A stretch of DNA of 64,000 nucleotides from Minutocellus sp. GHC0000111 (taxonomy: Eukaryota), in NCBI GenBank assembly GCA_977018835.1, contig OZ361258.1, forward strand, positions 2,046,001 to 2,110,000. Reading direction: 5' to 3'. Positions 56,747-64,000 of the stretch are shown here, one piece after another. The notes under the pieces are model-generated. The model made no database searches. It saw nothing but the letters and a program-made list of their open reading frames with translations, and was not told the DNA's origin. Made by a program: the position numbers and the translations under genes. Numbering within the stretch: position 1 is the first letter of the stretch; each line of letters begins with the position of its first letter.

Positions 56747-58795
56747 TTATTCAATTGTAGCTCCGGGAACGCCATAGAATGTGCCGTTCACATCGATTCC
56801 GCAGGTATCAGGTGCCGTTGAGCAATGAAAGAGGTTCCTGCCCGCCCACTCGATTCCCACGCCGTGGCGTAAGCGGATTGCAATGCCCTCATACTTCGTG
56901 CCGTTGTGCACACAGGTTAGAAAAGGAAGAACGAAGTACCAGCCTGCTGGGTCGGAAGAATCCGAAGATGTCCAAATGGACGCGCAATACTCGGAGAGAT
57001 CCTTCGAATCAACGTGGCATTCGACGGTAAAGTTTTCCCCTTCCATTGGCCCACCCTTTTGGCGCAATCCGGATCCAGACTGTATGATATTCATGCACAT
57101 GCCGTTATCTCCACCAATTTCTTTTGGGACTGTCATTGTTTGATCTTTGATTGTTTTTCGTATTGACTTGAATGCACGGGGAAAGTACTTCTGGAGTATG
57201 CTTTTGCCCATTACATTCAAAGCCTCTTGACATTTTGTTACGCCCATAATGAAACCAGCTTTCGCCTTATCGGAATACATGTCATTCCAAGTACCCCCCA
57301 AAAAGAAGTGAGGGTGATGCCCAGCCCCTTTTCCAAAGCCACATTTTACCATTCCACCTTGTATGCATCTTCGACTCGAGGTACCGAAAGCTCTCTCATC
57401 CCATTTTTCTGCAAAGTCGTTGGCCTTCTCGCCAAATTTCATCCGTTCCTCCCCCGAGAGATAATGTATCTTCACGAAGTGGTCCTCTTGACCCTCTACC
57501 GTGTCACTTACACGTATCTCTACATCAGCCCCTCCTCGCCTTTTAGGATCAATTTTGAGAACTTTGTGATTATTTTTGATAGCCTCCCCCGAGTAGTACA
57601 ATCCTCGGGCCTTCTGGCCCTTGTTGTTTCCGTTCCAGAGCCTTCCATCGGTCAATTTCACCCACGCATCACGCCGTTGTTCAACCGTGCGCGTCGAGAA
57701 CTTTTTGTCCCCCTTCTTCTGATCCGGGACGATCATCAAGTGAACATCCTGCTTCGCCTGGATTTCGATAGTCTTGCGCGTTGATGGAGGAGCTGGCATC
57801 AACGACGGGGCTGGGACTGAGCTACCACTGTCCGCACTTGCAGCGGTGGGCGCGGGCTGTCCGGCATCAGTACCCTCAGTCGAATTGAATCGTTTCTTCC
57901 TCGGAATACGCTGATTGAAACGACTACTTGCACTTGCATCGAGAGCCTCCTTCTCTGGGAGATCCGCAGGGGGCACTACCACACCCGAGCTTCTATCGTT
58001 GTCGTTGTCGCCCTCGTCCTCGTCGTCGCAAGCAGGTGCACAGTCATCATCGCCATCGTGCAGACCTCCCACACACATGTCATCGGCATCATTACTGTCC
58101 TCACATGGTGGATTATCGCCCTTCTCATCGCCCTCTTTTCCCTCCTTCTTCTCTTCCTTCTTTGCCTTCCATTCCTCGACATACGGCAAGACGTGTTTGT
58201 CCCTCATGGCCTCTTTTCGCAAGCGCCCACCCACAACTGCTAAGTGCTTCTCCGCCCTTGCGAGTATTTCCGGGACGACTTCATCAAATTCGCCCTGAAA
58301 TTCCATCTCGGTGAGAATTGCACGAATTTTTTCTTCCCAGCCTTTCCACCTCTTTTTGCGCTCGATCTCAATGTCGGATTTGGAATAGTGTACCGGGGTC
58401 TTTGATCTTGGCTTGTCATTCTTCGACTTTCTGGGTTTGGCTGTCGATTGGTGTTTCTTGCTCTTCTTCGTCTTTTGGGCGGCAATGTGTTTGTTGGCAC
58501 TTAGTAAATTCATTTTGCTCATTGTCTTTTTCTTGGAGACAATCATAACAGGAGTGCAGTTGTTAGCGGGCGCATGAAGGGTCAATGACGTCTCCTCACT
58601 TGTGCCAGCGACCGTAGGAGCTCGAGGCCAACCACCACTGGCATCTGCGCCGAAATGAGACTGCTCTCCCGGCACATATGGTGGCGGCGGGTACGACGGA
58701 TACTCATACGGCGGATACGGCGGGTTCGACGGGTAACCATGCGGGTAGAAACTCGACATGCTGACTACTAAATAAATGACCTGCGCGGCTGCCAT
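56747..58795 (-). CDS. Putative TET/JBP-like Fe(II)-dependent dioxygenase with low-complexity and basic N-terminus
   Basis: C-terminal double-stranded beta-helix-like pattern GGMVKCGFG...NFTVECHVDSKD...SIW...GWYFVLP...GIAIRLRHGVGIEWAGRNLFHCST. The HxDxxD and distal H spacing resembles TET/JBP. Confidence 0.6.
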   Translation of the reverse strand: MAAAQVIYLVVSMSSFYPHGYPSNPPYPPYEYPSYPPPPYVPGEQSHFGADASGGWPRAPTVAGTSEETSLTLHAPANNCTPVMIVSKKKTMSKMNLLSANKHIAAQKTKKSKKHQSTAKPRKSKNDKPRSKTPVHYSKSDIEIERKKRWKGWEEKIRAILTEMEFQGEFDEVVPEILARAEKHLAVVGGRLRKEAMRDKHVLPYVEEWKAKKEEKKEGKEGDEKGDNPPCEDSNDADDMCVGGLHDGDDDCAPACDDEDEGDNDNDRSSGVVVPPADLPEKEALDASASSRFNQRIPRKKRFNSTEGTDAGQPAPTAASADSGSSVPAPSLMPAPPSTRKTIEIQAKQDVHLMIVPDQKKGDKKFSTRTVEQRRDAWVKLTDGRLWNGNNKGQKARGLYYSGEAIKNNHKVLKIDPKRRGGADVEIRVSDTVEGQEDHFVKIHYLSGEERMKFGEKANDFAEKWDERAFGTSSRRCIQGGMVKCGFGKGAGHHPHFFLGGTWNDMYSDKAKAGFIMGVTKCQEALNVMGKSILQKYFPRAFKSIRKTIKDQTMTVPKEIGGDNGMCMNIIQSGSGLRQKGGPMEGENFTVECHVDSKDLSEYCASIWTSSDSSDPAGWYFVLPFLTCVHNGTKYEGIAIRLRHGVGIEWAGRNLFHCSTAPDTCGIDVNGTFYGVPGATIE

Positions 58796-59646
58796 CGTTG
58801 CTGGTGCGTGGCGGAATGAATCGAATCGAATCGAATTTTTTTTGCGGGGCGCGCGCCAACCCGCCTCTCCAAGCCTGCATCACCGGAATTAACTTTTTAG
58901 AACCGGAAATAACTTTTTAGCTAACTTGTACGCGTTAAACTTCCGAGTCGGCAAGACCCAAGGCCGAGCAAGCCTCTTCCCAACGGATGTGACCCGACAT
59001 TGAGTGAAGGGCGTGTGTTATCAGGTAGAGTTCTTGTTTTGTATTTCTACGATTGTATGTGTCGTTCTACCTTGATCCACTCTATGCACCAAAATGCCGA
59101 TGGCTCGTTCAGACATACGCAGAATGATGTAATCCAGGCCATCGCTAGCTCAGGGACTTGCTCGTGCGGTACCGATAGACATAGTCTGGTGGGATGAGAA
59201 TTCCTCTAGGACCCTAAGAACATTGGCCAGTCTCAAAGATAGACTTACTGCAGCTCCGCGGCTCCCCAAGGTATCTCTACCCCCGAACCTCGAAAAAATC
59301 AACTCTGATTCTATTGGGAAGAGACAAATCTCGGGCCACGACACAAGCAAATACCGGTAAATACACGCCATGTGAAGTGCAGAGCGACGATATAATGCAA
59401 GTCGGCGCCACCCGTTCCCTTGACGATCACCTCCATCCCCATCTCAAAATAGAGGCGTAGAAAATGCATGTGTACCATAGAAATGCTCGAGCTACCGCGA
59501 CGCAAGCACAGAAATGGCAATAGATTCTCGCCCCTGCGCCAGCCATATGCGCAACAAAATAATCTGCTCCGTTTGATATCAATATATCCCAAATTCTCAC
59601 CCCGCCGCATGCTATGCATGCCAATGCGCCAAAAACGAAGCAAGTC

Positions 59647-60447
59647 CTACGGACTGGCAGCAGGGACGACGCAGGCCGTATCCTCCAAGCTCCAAACGAG
59701 TCCCTGATGGCAGCTCATGGTAAAGCACGTGGCGGCTGCACCGCACTGGACGAACTTGGTGGGATCGGAGTGGCGGTAGTAGTACACTTGCCGTTCGTCG
59801 GCGTCGAGGCAGGGGTTGTTTTCGTAGCAGTCGTAGGTTTCGACCGTCGGGGCGGCCGTGGGTGACGGTGAGGTGGAGTTGGAGTTGGTGGGGGATGGTG
59901 CAGCGGTAATGGTGGTAGTGTTGGTCGGTGCCGTCGTTGGCTGGGAGGTACCGGTAGTCTGCGTGCTGTTGCTACTGGTGTTGTCGTCACCATCAACATT
60001 CCCAATCGTTCGACTGACGGTAGAAGTAGCATCGGTATCGGTGGTGGTGCTGTTGGTAGCCCCAATCGTCGGACCTGCCGTTGGAGCGGCCGTCTTGCTG
60101 CTCTTCTTGTCCTTCTTGTCGGCATCGACGGCCCCGTCGGCATCGTCAGCGCCATCTTCGCCGGCATTGTCGTCTTCTCTCACCAAGGTCTTGACCTCGT
60201 CGCTCCTTTTCGTGATGGCGTCGTATTCGATGTCGTCATCCCCACCGCCATCTTCATTATCTTCTTGCTTGAGATGCCACTGCCGCTGCTGCCGCAGCAA
60301 TTGTCGGCCGCTACTTTTGATTTGACGCCTCTGCCGCCGCCGCCTCCCAGCAGTGACCCGCCGAGCATCGACGGTCGACGACTGGCCGAGGGAGGCGAGG
60401 GAGACGGCGACGAACAGAGCCAGCGATATGTGATTCCGATGCATCAT
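59647..60447 (-). CDS. Secreted Thr/Ser/Pro-rich protein with C-terminal chitin-binding type 2 (CBM14-like) domain
   Basis: Signal peptide, mucin-like linker, CYENNPC...YYYRHSDPTKFVQC...CFTMSCHQGLVWSLEDTAC. Confidence 0.72.
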   Translation of the reverse strand: MMHRNHISLALFVAVSLASLGQSSTVDARRVTAGRRRRQRRQIKSSGRQLLRQQRQWHLKQEDNEDGGGDDDIEYDAITKRSDEVKTLVREDDNAGEDGADDADGAVDADKKDKKSSKTAAPTAGPTIGATNSTTTDTDATSTVSRTIGNVDGDDNTSSNSTQTTGTSQPTTAPTNTTTITAAPSPTNSNSTSPSPTAAPTVETYDCYENNPCLDADERQVYYYRHSDPTKFVQCGAAATCFTMSCHQGLVWSLEDTACVVPAASP

Positions 60448-60871
60448 TTCTGCCGACTGCTATTGCATACATGTATGGATGAGGAGAAATAGAATGAGAG
60501 CATGGTCGAAGAGCCATGCGTTGAGCTACGAAAGATGCGCCATGTGGAAATTTTGGCGCATCGCGCCTGTCCTCCAATTTACGTACGGCTTGGAGGTGTA
60601 CGTACAGATCAAGCAACGATGACCATGCGATTGGCTGCATCCATCTTTGATTGTACGAGGCGGAAGGAGCGGTGACGCACGCCTTCAAGCAAATCGACAA
60701 GCAACAGCAGAAGCCAGACAAACTCTCATGCAGAACAGCTCTCATACCGAGGAGGAGGGCCAGCATGGTCACCGCCGCCGCCGGCGGCGCCAACGCGGCG
60801 ACGACGGCACATCGATCAGCCGAACAACTACAACCACGCCTGTTCGCAACAATTCGTCGACGTGCCATCTC

Positions 60872-63544
60872 ATGCGATGCTGCTGCAGCGTTCTGCTGTT
60901 GCCCGTGGGATCTGCATTTCAACTGCGCCAACTGCCGCATGGATCATCACAATCATCGCAGCTGTATCTTCCTCTAAGGCATGCTAGTAGGCGTGAGCAG
61001 GATGCACAAAATGTGTCGGTTTCTTCATCGGCAGGCATCATGATGGGAATAAGAGTAGCCGAGCCATCATTATCGGCGAAGAGAAGTCGAGTGGGAATTG
61101 CAGATCGAATACAACAAGCAACAGCATTGTCAATGAACAGTCCGTCCGATCATAATGATAATGATGACGGAGACGAGGTTAAAAAGAAGAGAAAGCCAAC
61201 CAAATTGTCCCGCATAAAGACCTCGAGGTCCATCCAGAATGTTTACTGGACGCTGTGCCCTGCGGCCAGATATGATCGTGGCAACAATGGCAACAGCGGC
61301 AACAACAGCCGAAACAACAAGAATAGAAGAAAGAGAAACGATACGAATACGAACGCAAGAACAAGCACCGACCTATCCCGCACGACGCATCCACTCCTGG
61401 CAGCGGCGGCATTGCGACGCGTGGCCGACCTACGAGCTCTGGGGATGACGTACCGCCTCCGACGGCAGAGGGGACAGGCACGGCCGTCGGCATCCAAGGA
61501 TCGGTGGGAGGAGCAGGAGGGGGAACTGGCCCGGACGGTGCTACTTCCGGCTCTTATCCGGTGTGTGGGGGATGCCATCCTCTGTGACGTTCAGTTGATG
61601 GAAGTCAATGGCAACGGCAACGAGAGTGAGGAGGAAGAAGATGACATGATGCATATGAAATACAATGATGATGGCAATGATGGTGGCGGGGCTGAGGATG
61701 ATGATGCCAGCGATCTTTTGAACATGATAGATTTGGAGATTGGTGACGAATGTCCACTACCAACTGATGATGTCGGTGTCAATAACTTCAAAAAGACGAG
61801 GCATTTGGGACCAGAATCGCTCCTCGATGTCCTCTATGGTCTGGCCAAGCTGTCCGATATCAAGAGGAGGGCTGCCAACGCGGGTGACGGATCGTTCCGA
61901 CCGTTGGCCGTCGCGACATGTCGGGCGATTATATCCGACGACGAGGGAGCCTCGTACGTTCCAAAGTTATGGCATAGCAGCTTGGTGGAGACGGTGTGGT
62001 CCCTTGCCGTTTTGAATCTAAGGGATGAAACGGTGTTGCTCGACGCCATTGGGAATAGACTTGAGAAGGGCGATGCCTTTGGAAAGTTGACGCGGAAGCA
62101 GCTACTTACAGTGCTTTGGTCATATGCAACTCTGGATCGTCCCCACCAAGGCATAATGAGAGCTTTCATGAGGCGATTGCGGAAGGTCCGTCACCAGCTC
62201 TTTGCCAGCGACATCGCTCAGGCCATCTGGTCGGCGGCCCGTCTTATCGAACGACTTGACAACGAGGCAGAGTTGGACGATGCATCAGGGTCATCGTATG
62301 AACTAGATGTCGCGGCAGCCCAATTGCGAGAGGAGGCCATTATGTTGTGCCACACCTTATCGAATGAATTGATGAGCCCCGTGAGCAATGATAGCGCCGA
62401 ACCGAAGTTGCTGGACCTCACCGCTGGTGCAACAGCGGACATTGTCAGGGCCTTCGCTGATCTGGAAATTGGTCACGAGGCTCCGATCCTATCCGCATTG
62501 TCGTGCCATCTCCGACAACCCAAAATCATGAAACATTGCAGCCTCGACAGCATCGCTCGACTTTTGCTTTCGTTCCATCGTTTGGGTCTCAAAGAAGAAA
62601 CGGAAACGATCCGAATTCTGTGCAATCGATTCACTGAGCTTGTGCACACCAACCAATGCGATGGCAAGACGCTCAACACAATTTTACGATCGGTCGTTAT
62701 GCTTCAACCAGTGCGTGGTGATGCCTCGTACCAGAGTGTTTTCGATGCTGCTGCACGGATAATCAATGACGATGATCGTGGGATGGCCTTGTGCTCTCAG
62801 TGCAATGAATTTGAGATATCGAGCATAATTTGGTCATTTGCGAAGGCAAAATATGTCGATGATGGGGTGATCTTGCCAACAGGATGATAGAGGAAGATGT
62901 ATCGCAGCTATGCTCACCAAGCTCTATAAGCCGCATGCTGTGGTCTTACACTGTGCTATGCATCCACCCTACTCTCGCGCAAGGACGAAATGTCATCAAA
63001 GGATTTGGCCCAGACAATTTGGTCGATTGGAAGGCTTTCAGAGTTGATCGATATCGGAGAGCCGGGTATCAAGGAATTTGCATCCTTGGCAGTGAATTTG
63101 GCAAAGAAATTCAATGGCATCGAATTGAGTAGCGTCCTTTTTGGTCTGGCCAGGCTCGGTTACAACGACGAAACTGTTGTGAGCGTCCTGACTTCTCGCT
63201 TCCTCGAGCCATCTGTTCTGGCGGAGTCCACGGCCAGAGACATATCATCGGTCATGTTCTCCTTGGGCATGATGGGCCATCGGGATGTAGATTTGTTCGC
63301 CAAGCTCAGCACGGCAATGATGGAGAATATAGACGAGACGAGCTCGGAATCGATTGCAAACGCCTTAACGGCCTACGAGGCCATCGACATGGCACCCCCT
63401 CGGATTTTGTTTGATCGGTGGGCCAGCGAAAAGCTGGGAATTCAAGGGAGACATTCCTTCATTAGTCAAATTTTGGGCGATGCCGTTGCTAGCCCCGCCG
63501 AAGCCATAGCCAGTGGCACCGGTAATGAGCTCATGGAAGCATAG
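60872..63544 (+). pseudogene. Plastid-targeted helical-repeat (OPR/FAST-like) RNA-binding protein, interrupted by two frameshifts near 62872 and 62959
   Basis: MRCCCSVLLLPVGSA-F presequence. Repeats SLVETVWSLAVL, QLLTVLWSYATL, EISSIIWSFAKA, SISRMLWSYTVL, DLAQTIWSIGRL and ELSSVLFGLARL are spread over three consecutive frames. Confidence 0.7.
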
Positions 63545-63687
63545 AAACGAAACAATTGAGATCCGCTCTACGATGTAGGCATACTGGTATATTGATCTAA
63601 TGGATTCACTACTCTAGACTTAAATTCTGTCTACCACATAGGTCCATCCTTTTTTCATAACATACATGTCCGATCAAGCCTCAATCC

Positions 63688-64000
63688 TCAATCCTCGGTA
63701 GAGGGTGGATCCAAGCGCTTGACATATCTGGTGAGGAACAAACTCAAGAACAAGCTAACAAAGTGCGAGAGGAGAGTATTGGCGTTGGCCTGAACAATCA
63801 ATATGTCCAGAGGCTGCACCGTCTGGAGCGCCACGGACCCACCACCGATGCCACCGGCGGCCATGGCACCAAAGGGACTTAGACCACCCGCGGTAAGCAC
63901 CTTGGTGGCCAGTGAGCCGATGATCACGAACGTACCCAAAAGTGTGATGAGCATGCCGCTCAAGTTCAGCGCCGATGCCACCGTTACGGCGCGTCGGAGA
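63688..64000 (-). CDS. C-terminal part of a DUF3611-like membrane protein, runs off the window
   Basis: LNLSGMLITLLG...GSLATKVL...VQPLDILIVQANANTLLSHFVSL. Confidence 0.65.
   Translation of the reverse strand, partial: LRRAVTVASALNLSGMLITLLGTFVIIGSLATKVLTAGGLSPFGAMAAGGIGGGSVALQTVQPLDILIVQANANTLLSHFVSLFLSLFLTRYVKRLDPPSTED

Noticed and set aside
59000..59640. Possible transposon end or gene relic
   Set aside because: Only short imperfect repeats; no terminal inverted repeat partner, target-site duplication or recognisable protein found.
1..64000. rRNA, tRNA, telomeric repeats, prokaryotic operons or defence systems
   Set aside because: None recognised by eye; tRNAscan-SE and Infernal would be needed to exclude small RNAs.

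Overview
Gene-dense eukaryotic DNA, most likely from a diatom or other stramenopile. This is inferred from short GT-AG introns, an ASAF-like plastid presequence, HSF and MYND/SEL1 families and chitin-binding proteins. There is one 200-N gap (10568-10767). The dominant structure is a near-perfect 17.07 kb tandem duplication (20044-37117 and 37118-54185) joined at a 2-bp AG microhomology. It leaves intact a four-repeat cyclic-nucleotide-binding cation channel (~2290 aa) and a giant PH-like/anoctamin protein (~2520 aa), and creates truncated, convergently overlapping copies of both. Inside each copy is an older, diverged ~4.3 kb tandem cassette (coiled-coil gene, thioredoxin-like pseudogene, RING-like/SEL1/MYND gene). 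The most unusual single genes are a TET/JBP-like HxD...H dioxygenase apparently lacking the 2-oxoglutarate arginine, an HSF with a transmembrane helix, a cryptic spliced HSF-like gene with a rewritten recognition helix, a surface protein joining hevein and DUF305 domains, and a DHHC-type gene followed by a second paralogous last exon. Several lesions are visible: a head-to-head SDR/sulfotransferase truncation and frameshifted OPR-like and zincin-like genes. All family calls are by motif recognition by eye; no searches were run. No rRNA, tRNA, CRISPR or recognisable transposase was seen.
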